A DNA stretch of 64,000 nt. Source: Nitrospirales bacterium (GTDB taxonomy: Bacteria > Nitrospirota > Nitrospiria > Nitrospirales > UBA8639). The notes beneath the pieces are model-generated. The model had not been told where the DNA came from. It was given only the letters and a program-made list of their open reading frames with translations, and made no database searches. The stretch covers positions 1,248,001 through 1,312,000 of the forward strand of contig OY729426.1 of the NCBI GenBank assembly GCA_963422365.1, read 5' to 3'. The position numbers and the translations under genes are program-made. Shown piece after piece: positions 10,820 to 20,452 of the stretch; position 1 is the first letter of the stretch; each line of letters begins with the position of its first letter.

Positions 10820-11808
10820 TGGCCGAAATGCTTGATGGGATTTCTTCCGTCTCTCGCGTGACATCGGCGACTCCACACGGAGTGCTGAACGTCTTCAAGC
10901 CAACAGGGTGGACGTCTCACGATGTCGTGGCCAAGGTTCGCCGTCTGCTTCAGATCCGTAAAGTGGGTCACGCCGGCACCTTGGATCCCGAGGCCACCGG
11001 CGTTCTTCCCGTCTTGCTGGGACAAGGAACAAGACTCTCAGCCGTTCTTGTGCATTGGGACAAAGAATATGAGGCTGTCTTGTGTCTCGGGCAAGAGACA
11101 ACAACCCAAGATGCTACGGGCGAAATTGTGAAGGACTGTCCTATCCACGGGCTTTGTCACGAGACCATTCATGCGGTGATTGGGCAATTTCAAGGTGAAC
11201 AGCAGCAAGTGCCTCCCATGTATTCAGCGGTAAAAATTGGCGGGCAACCGCTGTACAAAGCTGCGCGTTCAGGTCAAACTCTTGACCGCCCGGCGCGCGC
11301 TATTACCATTTACCACCTTGAGGTCAGGGCGCTGGCCTTGCCCTATGTGACCCTTTGGGTTCGCTGTTCCAAGGGTACGTACATTCGCACCTTATGTGCG
11401 GATATTGGCCAGAAATTGGGCGTGGGAGGGCATCTGAGTCAATTAACCCGAGTTCGAGCAGGGCCGTTCTCCCTTGACCAGGCGTTGCCACTTTGTGAAA
11501 TTGGAAGTGTCGAGGACCTCGTCAAACCCCACGCTTCTTTCCTGAATCTCGATGAGGCTTTAGCCGATCTTCCGGCGGTGATCGTTGATGACGCAATGGT
11601 GAGGAAGGTCTTAAACGGCACTCCTGTTTCAAAAACCGCAATTCGGTCGGAGGAGTCTCGTGAGACCCCTCCAGGAACGTTGATTCGGGTGAAAGATGAC
11701 AGGGGGCGGCTACTGGCCCTCGGCAAATGGGCCTCAGCGACGTCAACGCTGGATCAGCCGATACATCAATTACATATGGTCAAAGTGTTTGGAGAGAAGA
11801 TGTCTTGA
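10816..11808 (+). CDS. truB: tRNA pseudouridine(55) synthase
   Basis: KVGHAGTLDP, PPMYSAVK and CSKGTYIR motifs. Confidence 0.97.
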   Translation: MMAEMLDGISSVSRVTSATPHGVLNVFKPTGWTSHDVVAKVRRLLQIRKVGHAGTLDPEATGVLPVLLGQGTRLSAVLVHWDKEYEAVLCLGQETTTQDATGEIVKDCPIHGLCHETIHAVIGQFQGEQQQVPPMYSAVKIGGQPLYKAARSGQTLDRPARAITIYHLEVRALALPYVTLWVRCSKGTYIRTLCADIGQKLGVGGHLSQLTRVRAGPFSLDQALPLCEIGSVEDLVKPHASFLNLDEALADLPAVIVDDAMVRKVLNGTPVSKTAIRSEESRETPPGTLIRVKDDRGRLLALGKWASATSTLDQPIHQLHMVKVFGEKMS

Positions 11809-11874
11809 GAACAACGTCTGGTTCGCTGACACCTTTCCATGAAGAAGCCTGAAAAAAGGAGGAAGGAGGCTGGT

Positions 11875-12144
11875 ATGGTAGCGGTCAAGGAAGCAAAAGC
11901 AGAGATCGTACGGCGACATCAGGGTCATGAAGGTGATACCGGTTCCTCAGAGGTGCAAATTGCCTTGTTGACGAACCGTATCAACTATTTAACCGACCAT
12001 TTGCGTACGCATAAAAAAGACCATCATTCGCGACATGGGTTGCTGAGAATGGTCAGCCTTCGCCGACGCTTGTTGGATTATTTGCATCGAAAAAATGTTG
12101 ATCAGTATCGCGCTATTCTTGGAAAATTAGGGTTGCGGAAATAA
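11875..12144 (+). CDS. rpsO: 30S ribosomal protein S15
   Basis: [33 protein letters not shown] before ATG 11875. Confidence 0.97.
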   Translation: MVAVKEAKAEIVRRHQGHEGDTGSSEVQIALLTNRINYLTDHLRTHKKDHHSRHGLLRMVSLRRRLLDYLHRKNVDQYRAILGKLGLRK

Positions 12145-12197
12145 CAAGGCTTCTCAACGGCTAAAGGTTCGCACGAAGGCAAGAAGGAGAGACGTAT

Positions 12198-14300
12198 ATG
12201 GTGCAAGCGGTTGAATTGGATATAGCAGGACGCAAGATGCGATTGGAGACGGGTCGGATGGCCAAGCTAGCCGATGGGGCTGTTTTGGCCTCCTATGGGG
12301 ATACCGTGATTTTGGCAACGGCAGTGGCTTCCAAGACATTGAAGCCGGATGTGGATTTTTTGCCGCTCACGATCAATTATCAGGAAAAAGCCTATTCGGC
12401 TGGAAAAATTCCAGGGGGATATTTCAAGCGAGAAGGGGCGCCATCGGAAAAAGAAACTTTAACAAGCCGGCTCATTGACCGGCCTATTCGCCCCTTGATC
12501 CCGAAGGGGTTTTCTTATGAGACGCAAGTCATCGTGTCGGTGCTCTCGGTCGATCAATCGATGACCTCGGAAGTGGTCGGGCTCACCGCTGCCTCAGCTG
12601 CGCTGGCGATCTCGGATATTCCCTTTGGCGGCCCGTTAGCTGGAGTGAAAATCGGACGAGTGAATGGTCAATTTGTGGTCAACCCCAATATGCAGGAGCT
12701 TCAGAACAGTGAACTCGATTTGGTGGTCGCCGGCACCAAGGACGCGATCCTGATGGTGGAAGCCGGGGCGAATGGGCTGTCCGAGTCTGTGTTACTGGAT
12801 GCGTTGGAGTTAGCCCATTCGGAAATCAAGAAGGTGGTTTCGAACATTGTCGAGTTGCAGACGACGGTGGGACGGACCAAGCGGGTTGTGCCGGTCGAGC
12901 CGGTCAGTGAGGAGTTGGAACGACAGGTGCACGAATCGGTTGCCTGCCCGATTCGAGAAGCCGTCCTCATAGCCAACAAAACCGATCGGCAAGAGCGGTT
13001 GGACCAAATCCTGGCCGCCGCGGTCGAAAAGCTAGGCGAAGAGGACCTAGTGCGATGTCGGCAAGTCAAAAGGGTCTATCATGATTTGGAATATCATGAA
13101 GTCCGAGAGATGATTCTGGAAAAGAAAGTCCGAGCCGATGGTCGGGGGCCTTCCGATATTCGGCCCATCGCATGCGAAACGAGTATTTTGCCGCGCACGC
13201 ATGGCTCTGCCCTGTTCACGAGAGGGGAAACCCAAAGCCTGGCTGTGGTCACGCTGGGGACCTCAGACGATGAACAACGCATTGATGCACTCGAGGGGGA
13301 GTATTTCCGCAATTTTATGCTTCACTATAATTTTCCACCGTTTAGTGTGGGAGAAGCCCGACCATTGCGTTCGCCTGGGCGACGCGAAGTTGGGCATGGG
13401 AAACTTGCGGAGCGTGCCTTGAAGTCGGTTCTGCCGGACAAAGAGGGGTTTCCCTATACCATTCGCATCGTGTCGGATATTTTGGAATCCAATGGCTCCT
13501 CCTCCATGGCCACGGTGTGCGGAGGCACCTTAGCCATGATGGATGCCGGCGTGCCCATTAAAAAACCAGTTGCGGGCATTGCTATGGGGCTCATCAAAGA
13601 CGGTGACCGTGTCCTTATTTTGTCAGATATTCTTGGACTCGAAGATCATGTGGGAGACATGGATTTTAAAGTGACGGGGACACGAGAGGGGGTCACCGCG
13701 CTTCAAATGGACATCAAAATCGAGGGGATCACCATTGATTTAATGCGGCAAGCACTCGAACAAGCCCGGGCCGGACGCCTGCACATTTTAGAAAAAATGC
13801 AGGAATCGCTCGCATCTCCTCGGGATGCTCTTGCGCCCTATGCCCCTCGAATGTATACGCTTCAGATCAAACCCGACAAAATTCGCGATGTCATCGGGCC
13901 GGGCGGGAAGGTCATTCGTAGTATCATTGCGGAATGTGGGGTCAAGGTCAACGTCGAGGATTCGGGTCTGGTGGCAATTGCGGCGGTGGACGAAGCTTCG
14001 GCCAATCAGGCGATTGAAATGGTCAACCGGTTGACGGAGGAAGCGATAGTCGGGAAAACCTATCTGGGGACTGTCCGAAAAATCGTCGATTTCGGGGCCT
14101 TCGTCGAAATTTTACCCAATGTGGATGGCTTGGTTCATATTTCACAATTAGCCCCGCATCGAGTCCAAGCCGTGTCCGATGAACTCTCGGAAGGGGAACA
14201 AGTCCTGGTCAAAGTCTTGGAAATCGACAGGCAGGGTAAAATTCGTTTGAGCCGGAAAGAGGCGCTCATGGATTCAGAACAGCCGTCTGCTGTTTCGTAA
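12198..14300 (+). CDS. pnp: Polyribonucleotide nucleotidyltransferase
   Basis: KIPGGYFKRE, HGSALFTRGETQ, SNGSSSMA; KH and S1 domains. Confidence 0.98.
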   Translation: MVQAVELDIAGRKMRLETGRMAKLADGAVLASYGDTVILATAVASKTLKPDVDFLPLTINYQEKAYSAGKIPGGYFKREGAPSEKETLTSRLIDRPIRPLIPKGFSYETQVIVSVLSVDQSMTSEVVGLTAASAALAISDIPFGGPLAGVKIGRVNGQFVVNPNMQELQNSELDLVVAGTKDAILMVEAGANGLSESVLLDALELAHSEIKKVVSNIVELQTTVGRTKRVVPVEPVSEELERQVHESVACPIREAVLIANKTDRQERLDQILAAAVEKLGEEDLVRCRQVKRVYHDLEYHEVREMILEKKVRADGRGPSDIRPIACETSILPRTHGSALFTRGETQSLAVVTLGTSDDEQRIDALEGEYFRNFMLHYNFPPFSVGEARPLRSPGRREVGHGKLAERALKSVLPDKEGFPYTIRIVSDILESNGSSSMATVCGGTLAMMDAGVPIKKPVAGIAMGLIKDGDRVLILSDILGLEDHVGDMDFKVTGTREGVTALQMDIKIEGITIDLMRQALEQARAGRLHILEKMQESLASPRDALAPYAPRMYTLQIKPDKIRDVIGPGGKVIRSIIAECGVKVNVEDSGLVAIAAVDEASANQAIEMVNRLTEEAIVGKTYLGTVRKIVDFGAFVEILPNVDGLVHISQLAPHRVQAVSDELSEGEQVLVKVLEIDRQGKIRLSRKEALMDSEQPSAVS

Positions 14301-14431
14301 GGGGATGTCGACAGTGAACATCCCCATCCTTCACTTCAAAATGGGTGAATGCGTGCGCAGGGAGGCGTACTGTATCTTTTCCACTTCCCTGTCGGATTTT
14401 TTTCACCACGCCAGTTTCAGGTATCGAGAAA

Positions 14432-15709
14432 ATGACCTGGACTCGTAAGATATTCCTCGACAATGGCATTCGCGTTGTCATGGAACGGATGCCGGCTCTC
14501 AAGTCTGTTGCGATGAGTGTCTGGGAAAATGTCGGCACCAGAGATGAAGGGCCTCAGCAAAAAGGTCTCGCCCATTTCCTTGAACATATGATGTTCAAAG
14601 GCACTCGCCGTCGATCGGCGACACAAATTTCTCATGAAATCGATAGCCTGGGTGGAGAGATGAATGCCTTTACCACTCATGAAACCACCACACTGTATAT
14701 CAAGGTATTAGATCAACAAATCGGGCAAGCGATCGACTTATTAGCCGATGTCTTCTGTCACTCCCGTTTTGATCGTAAGGAAATCGAACGAGAAAAACAG
14801 GTCGTATTGGAAGAGATCCGAGCGGTTCGAGACGACCCGGAAGATTTTGTTCAAGAACTGCATGCCAAGCAGGTGTTACGGGGACATCCTTTGGGGCGGT
14901 CGATTTTGGGGGATCAGGCCACCATCAAACGCATTCAACGACGCGATGTTCTCCAATATCTGGATCAACACTATCGTCCGGAGAAAACCGTGATTGCGGT
15001 GGCAGGGAATTTTGAGGTGGAGGAGGTGGCAGCCTTAGTCAATGCAGCATTCGGAAAGTGGAGCCCTGCTGGGAGCGAAGAGAATGGAGTGCAACGGCAA
15101 AAGCCTCCCCATGTGCGTGGCGGAGTCTTGGTGCACCAGAAACGGTTGGAGCAGGTCCATGTCTGTATAGGATTTAAGGGGCTTCCTCTGTCGCATCCGT
15201 CCCGATATGCAGCCTATACGCTGAACGCCCTGCTTGGGGGAGGGATGAGTTCCCGACTTTTTCAGGAAATTCGTGAGAAACGAGGCTTGGCGTATACGAT
15301 CTATTCCCAATTATCGAGTTTTTCAGATGGGGGGGTGTTGACCATTTATGCGGCGAGCAGTGCCAAAGAGGCACCCTCAGTGGTAGAGGTGGTGTGTCGA
15401 GAAATCAAAAAAATACAAAAACGTGGGCCTGTTCCCCAAGAATTGGAGCGAACTAAAAACCAATTAAAAGGGACCTTGATGCTGGGGTTGGAAGGGACCT
15501 ATGGGCGAATGAATAAGTTAGCCAAAGATGAACTCGCACAGGGGCGGTATGTGTCCCTTCAAGAACTCGTGTCTGAAATTGATCGTGTTTCCGTGCAAGA
15601 CATTCAAGCAATATGCCAAAAGCTCTTGGATTTTGACTCAATGTCCGTGACGGCGTTGGGACCCGTGGCTCAGGGAACCTTTCAGGAGAAGAATTTTGCT
15701 CACCCCTGA
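14432..15709 (+). CDS. M16 family Zn-dependent peptidase
   Basis: HFLEH inverted zinc motif, NAFT, LGGGMSSRLFQEIRE; typical neighbour of pnp. Confidence 0.93.
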   Translation: MTWTRKIFLDNGIRVVMERMPALKSVAMSVWENVGTRDEGPQQKGLAHFLEHMMFKGTRRRSATQISHEIDSLGGEMNAFTTHETTTLYIKVLDQQIGQAIDLLADVFCHSRFDRKEIEREKQVVLEEIRAVRDDPEDFVQELHAKQVLRGHPLGRSILGDQATIKRIQRRDVLQYLDQHYRPEKTVIAVAGNFEVEEVAALVNAAFGKWSPAGSEENGVQRQKPPHVRGGVLVHQKRLEQVHVCIGFKGLPLSHPSRYAAYTLNALLGGGMSSRLFQEIREKRGLAYTIYSQLSSFSDGGVLTIYAASSAKEAPSVVEVVCREIKKIQKRGPVPQELERTKNQLKGTLMLGLEGTYGRMNKLAKDELAQGRYVSLQELVSEIDRVSVQDIQAICQKLLDFDSMSVTALGPVAQGTFQEKNFAHP

Positions 15710-15739
15710 CAATCCGTTGCATTTTTCCTGGAAAGCCTC

Positions 15740-15768
15740 TTGACAACTTGCAACGGGATGAGTAGCAT
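15740..15768 (+). promoter_or_regulatory. sigma70-like promoter for the secreted-protein pair
   Basis: TTGACA-17 nt-TAGCAT, bracketed by the inverted repeat CCGTTGCA/TGCAACGG. Confidence 0.55.
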
Positions 15769-15942
15769 GGGCGACTCTGAATAAAGATGAGAGGGGGTCG
15801 AATCTGACCAAAAAATAGTGGGAAAGTGCGGGGGTTACTTTTGCATGCAACAGAGTAAAATGTCGTTGCAATTGAAAATTTTTTTGGTTAAAAAACACGA
15901 GTCGTTATTTTTATTATGTCATCCTAAGTAAAGGAGGGGGAA

Positions 15943-16491
15943 ATGAAGAAGTCATTTTTCCGTGGGGGAGTTCTGGGATTGCTCGCTGCAAGTCTGATGT
16001 TGTTTGGGTTTATCGGTCTGGCAGATGCCCAAAAGGGCCCCTGTTCCAGCAACAAAAAATGTAAGGGTGATCCAAATCAAGTTGCCAGTATCGGGGGCAT
16101 GGAACTCCGTGGGACAGCACCCTCAAGTTTAAAGGGTCGTGTTTATGCCCATTGGGCTGACAATCCGAGTGGAGAGATTCTCTTTGGCATTCAATATTGG
16201 AACACCAGCAACCCTGCCGAAGTCGGTGATCCTCTTGGGCGTGCTTCCGATGATCGGGACGTGTCAATTCCTGATCCGTTATTCGTCTGCTGTGGGTGGG
16301 GGTATCAAGGTGGTGAGGATCTAAACAATCCGTATGCTGGATGGTACAACCCACAAACAACGGTTCGGTTACGGGTCAAAGATTCCTCGTTGATGAAGCA
16401 GCTGACGGAAGCGTCACAAAATTTGGTGGCGATGGAAGTGCAACTCGACGGCAATACCGTCACGGGATTCAAAGTCCTCGCTAGCGAGTAA
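15943..16491 (+). CDS. Exported protein of unknown function (signal peptide, 4 Cys)
   Basis: Strong RBS AAGGAGG; N-terminal basic/hydrophobic/A-D-A signal peptide; 182-aa ORF. Confidence 0.8.
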   Translation: MKKSFFRGGVLGLLAASLMLFGFIGLADAQKGPCSSNKKCKGDPNQVASIGGMELRGTAPSSLKGRVYAHWADNPSGEILFGIQYWNTSNPAEVGDPLGRASDDRDVSIPDPLFVCCGWGYQGGEDLNNPYAGWYNPQTTVRLRVKDSSLMKQLTEASQNLVAMEVQLDGNTVTGFKVLASE

Positions 16492-16588
16492 CGAACGAAT
16501 TTTATGGAATAATAACATAAATAAAAGAAGAGGACTTATTTCAATTTCAAGAGTTTTTATTTTTAGCGTTTAAGAGGAGGAAGGAATT

Positions 16589-17242
16589 ATGAAAATGTGG
16601 AAATCAGGGTTAGCCGTTGTAACTGCCTTGATCGTGGTGGGTTGGATGGCCTCCAGTGCGCTTGCTATTGAAGCATTCCAAGAAAGGTTTGAGTGGGGTG
16701 ATCTCAGTAAAGGTACCTCTCTGCATGGCCGAGTGGCTGTTGTTGATCCGTACGAAAAGGCTGCTTGGGTAAATATTGCGGTGTTTGGGGGCAATGCCGA
16801 AAGTGGATACTATTGGCAAAAGTATTTTCCAGGAAATAATTTGAAAGTCTATCCTGCCAATGATGCGGTGTGGGGCAAACTCATGGCCTTAGGCAAAGCC
16901 TCGCACAGTCAGGCTGTGATGAGTGGGACTGAGCCTTCCAAATACGGCCTAGCTGATCTCGTGATTCAGGAGACTGACCAGAATCATCGGATCGTGTCGT
17001 CGGTCTCTGAAATTCCTGAGGTTGCCGGCACTCCGGACAACCCACGAAGTATTCATAGCCTCAGGTCAATTAGCGTCGTGGATTCTATTGACAACAACCA
17101 TTGGGCACAAAATAAGAAGATGCAGTATGATGTAATTATTCCAGGTGTGGGACCGATTTCTGGGTTTATCCCCTATTCCAATCAAAATCCTCATAGTTCA
17201 AAGGGGACAGCGGAAGGAAAGTTCGGGGGGTTGTTGCAATAA
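16589..17242 (+). CDS. Exported protein of unknown function
   Basis: GAGGAGG RBS; signal peptide ending A-L-A; 217-aa ORF followed by a terminator. Confidence 0.8.
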   Translation: MKMWKSGLAVVTALIVVGWMASSALAIEAFQERFEWGDLSKGTSLHGRVAVVDPYEKAAWVNIAVFGGNAESGYYWQKYFPGNNLKVYPANDAVWGKLMALGKASHSQAVMSGTEPSKYGLADLVIQETDQNHRIVSSVSEIPEVAGTPDNPRSIHSLRSISVVDSIDNNHWAQNKKMQYDVIIPGVGPISGFIPYSNQNPHSSKGTAEGKFGGLLQ

Positions 17243-17265
17243 GCTAACGTAGGCTTTCGCTAAAC

Positions 17266-17310
17266 AAAATGGCAGGATCTCTTTTCATGGGGGGGGGTCC
17301 TGCCATTTTT
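17266..17310. terminator. Bidirectional intrinsic terminator between the secreted pair and mutS
   Basis: AAAATGGCAGGA...TCCTGCCATTTT inverted repeat with A and T tails. Confidence 0.8.
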
Positions 17311-19949
17311 TATTTGGGATCGATGCGTTTTTGAATTTCAGCTAATCGATTTAACGCTTCCAGGGGAGTCATAGAGAACAGTTCTAATTGTTTGATTTCT
17401 TCAATCAAGGGATGGTGTTGGGGGGATGAGGAAGCGATGAGATCTGATTCCTGTTCATGAATCCTGACCCCCATGTTTTCAGAAGAAGAATTGTGTTCCA
17501 GTTGCGCTAACATTTCTTCTGCTCGCGCAATGACGGATGAGGGTAACCCCGCGAGTTTTCCTACATGGATTCCATAACTACGATCGGATTTACCCTGTTT
17601 GATTTTTCTTAAAAAAATGACCTGATCCTTTTCTTCTTTCACCACGACGGCGAGGTTTTGAACGCCTTCCAGAAATTTTTCTAAATCCGTCATTTCATGA
17701 TAGTGGGTGGCAAAGAGGGTTCTTGCTCCGAGTATCCGCTTGTCTTGAATATGTTCGGCGATCGCCCAAGCGAGGCTTAATCCATCGTAGGTACTGGTTC
17801 CTCGACCTATTTCATCGAGAAGAATAAGACTGCGAGCCGTGGCGACATGTAAAATTTTGGCGGTTTCCAACATTTCTACCATAAAGGTGCTTAACCCAAA
17901 GGCCAAATTATCGGAGGCACCCACCCGTGTAAACATTCGATCAATGATCCCGATTTTGGCTTCCGAGGCAGGAACAAAACACCCCATATGGGCCATGAGC
18001 ACAATAAGCCCGGTTTGACGCAAAAACGTGCTTTTTCCCGCCATGTTAGGGCCGGTAATCAAGAGTAACCGATGGGCATCAAAGTCCAGATAGGAGTCGT
18101 TGGGGACAAATCCTTCTGGCAAGTTGAATGTTTCAACAACCGGATGGCGTCCATTTTTTATGAAGATGATGCCTCCGTCATGCATGTCGGGTTTGATGTA
18201 TCGATTCCTGGAAGCCACCTCAGCAAAATTTGTGAGAATATCGAGCAGTGCCACCTGTTTGGCCATTTTTTGGATTCGGAAAACGTTGCGGGAAATATTT
18301 TTCAGCACCGACTGAAAACAGTTTTGCTCGGCACGTCGTAACTTCGCACTGGCCCCGGAAAGTTGGGCTTCAATCCGTTCAAGGTCTTCAGTTGTATACC
18401 GTTCGGCATTGACCAGTGTTTGTTTCCTTCGAAAATGCTCCGGCACACGAGACAGATTGGCTTTCGTCACTTCGAAATAGTATCCGAAAACATGATTGTA
18501 TTTGATTCTAAGCGAGTCGATACCGCTCTGCTTTCGTTCGCGTAGCTCTAAATCGGTCAACCATTGCATTCCATCACGAGTAATTTTTCGTAACTCATCG
18601 ATGGCGGGATCGAAGCCATCTTGAAAAATCGGTCCCTCTTTGGCGGAGGCCGGCGTACTGGGATCAATGGAGTCCTCAATGAGTGTGGTGATATCCGAAA
18701 GGGCATCCCACCGCTGCAACACGGAGCTGAGAAGATGATCGGCAATGCCGTCAAAAAGAAGACAAAGCTGCGGGAGAATTTGCAGAGATTCTTTTAAACG
18801 AAGAACCTCCCGCGGGGTTGCCGTTCCCATCACCACACGACTACTTAATCGCTCAAGGTCATACAGATCTTTTAAGAAAGAACGAATCTGCAAGCGAAGT
18901 TTCAGGTTTTCCATGAAAACGGAAACCGCATTGAGCCGGTGTTGAATAGATTTGCTGTCAATCAGAGGACGAACAATCCATTGACGGAGAAGGCGGCTTC
19001 CCATTGCCGTGACCGTGTGATCGAGAACCGACAGCAAGGTGGAATGTTTTTGATCGGGGTGCAACGCCTGGATCAGTTCCAGGTTACGAATGGTCATGGC
19101 GTCCAGATGCATTTCCCGGGTGGGTTCCCGGAGTTCCGGTTTCTGGATATGGTGGTGCTCCAGGGTAGGTTGGGTTTGCTTCAGATAATGCAAAATGCAT
19201 CCACCGGCCAGGACACCAGGACCGGCGGAAGAGAGTCCAAGCCCTTCCACGCCGGCCACCGCGAAATGAGACCGGAGCATGTCCTGCGACGCCTCCAACT
19301 CGAAATAGGCGGAAGGCTGCTCCGTCACGCGAGGTAACCGCAGGGGTTTCAACAGCGTTTGGACATCGGGCGCAATCGCCTCTGTTTTTTCTGGAACAAT
19401 CACTTCTTGAGGGCCAAGGCGAATGAGTTCGTCCAGCATTGCGTCCTGACTGTGGTCTCCGGAAAATTCCGCAATGAGAAACTGTCCAGTTGAAAGATCG
19501 ATCGTGGCCAGCCCAAAGTGGCAACGTGACTGTGCCGGAGTCGGTTGAACGGATAAGGCCGCCAGAAAGTTGGCCTCTTTGGCATCCAGCAACTCATCGT
19601 CGAAAACCGTGCCGGGTGTGTAGAGTCGTACGACCTCGCGTCGGACCAGTCCCTTGGCCGATTTGGGGTCTTCGACTTGCTCGCAGAGAGCAACGGTTTT
19701 CCCGAATTTCAACAATTTGGAAAGATAGCTCGTGGCCGCATGATACGGGATCCCACAGAGAGGGACAGGGTTGGGGCTATTCTTGTCCCTGGTCGCCAAA
19801 GCGATATTGAGAAGGGCAGAGGCCTCTTTGGCGTCCTGATAAAACATTTCATAAAAGTCACCCACTCGAAAAAAAACAATCGTATCCGGGTAGTGCTGTT
19901 TGATATCACCGTATTGTTTCAGCAGTGGCGTCAGCTCGGATTGACTCAT
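17310..19949 (-). CDS. mutS: DNA mismatch repair protein MutS
   Basis: TPLLKQY, FFRVGDFYE, TGPNMAGKST, DEIGRGTST and FATHYHE motifs; start at MSQSEL. Confidence 0.98.
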   Translation of the reverse strand: MSQSELTPLLKQYGDIKQHYPDTIVFFRVGDFYEMFYQDAKEASALLNIALATRDKNSPNPVPLCGIPYHAATSYLSKLLKFGKTVALCEQVEDPKSAKGLVRREVVRLYTPGTVFDDELLDAKEANFLAALSVQPTPAQSRCHFGLATIDLSTGQFLIAEFSGDHSQDAMLDELIRLGPQEVIVPEKTEAIAPDVQTLLKPLRLPRVTEQPSAYFELEASQDMLRSHFAVAGVEGLGLSSAGPGVLAGGCILHYLKQTQPTLEHHHIQKPELREPTREMHLDAMTIRNLELIQALHPDQKHSTLLSVLDHTVTAMGSRLLRQWIVRPLIDSKSIQHRLNAVSVFMENLKLRLQIRSFLKDLYDLERLSSRVVMGTATPREVLRLKESLQILPQLCLLFDGIADHLLSSVLQRWDALSDITTLIEDSIDPSTPASAKEGPIFQDGFDPAIDELRKITRDGMQWLTDLELRERKQSGIDSLRIKYNHVFGYYFEVTKANLSRVPEHFRRKQTLVNAERYTTEDLERIEAQLSGASAKLRRAEQNCFQSVLKNISRNVFRIQKMAKQVALLDILTNFAEVASRNRYIKPDMHDGGIIFIKNGRHPVVETFNLPEGFVPNDSYLDFDAHRLLLITGPNMAGKSTFLRQTGLIVLMAHMGCFVPASEAKIGIIDRMFTRVGASDNLAFGLSTFMVEMLETAKILHVATARSLILLDEIGRGTSTYDGLSLAWAIAEHIQDKRILGARTLFATHYHEMTDLEKFLEGVQNLAVVVKEEKDQVIFLRKIKQGKSDRSYGIHVGKLAGLPSSVIARAEEMLAQLEHNSSSENMGVRIHEQESDLIASSSPQHHPLIEEIKQLELFSMTPLEALNRLAEIQKRIDPK

Positions 19950-19956
19950 GAGGAAG

Positions 19957-20448
19957 TTACCTTGAGTCCGACATGATCGTGTGAAGAAGACCGTGACTCC
20001 ATGGTCCAAAGGCCTGAACCTGCACGCGACGCAAGTTTTTTCCTGTATGGAGGAACTGAATCGAAAGATAGTCCTCGGGCAACCACACCACAGGCAGTCG
20101 GTCAGCCCATTCAATGAGGACAACGAAGTCTCCGTTAAAATATTCGACTAATCCCGTGTCAGCCAACTCCTGAGAATGTTCGAGTCGATATAAGTCAACG
20201 TGGGCAAGCGTCATGGACCCAACGTATTCTTGGATCACGATAAAGGTCGGGCTACTGACGACGTGGGGGGCGAGCCCGGCCCCCCTGGCAACTCCGCGGA
20301 CAAACGTCGTTTTCCCTGAGCCTAATTCACCAACGAGCGCGATGACGGCACCCCTCTGAAGACGACGGCCGATGGTTGAGCCGAATGTCTCGGTTTGAGA
20401 GGGTGAAGCCAAGGCAAGGGTCCAGAGATCTTTCTGTTCAATTGCCAT
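19957..20448 (-). CDS. tsaE: tRNA threonylcarbamoyladenosine biosynthesis ATPase
   Basis: GELGSGKTT, SSPTF, HVDLYRL, IEWA. Confidence 0.95.
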   Translation of the reverse strand: MAIEQKDLWTLALASPSQTETFGSTIGRRLQRGAVIALVGELGSGKTTFVRGVARGAGLAPHVVSSPTFIVIQEYVGSMTLAHVDLYRLEHSQELADTGLVEYFNGDFVVLIEWADRLPVVWLPEDYLSIQFLHTGKNLRRVQVQAFGPWSHGLLHTIMSDSR

Positions 20449-20452
20449 ATGG

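Noticed and set aside
17310..19949. Apparent AT-richer 3' half of mutS suggesting mosaicism
   Set aside because: Visual impression only; I cannot quantify it, and the ORF and motifs are intact.
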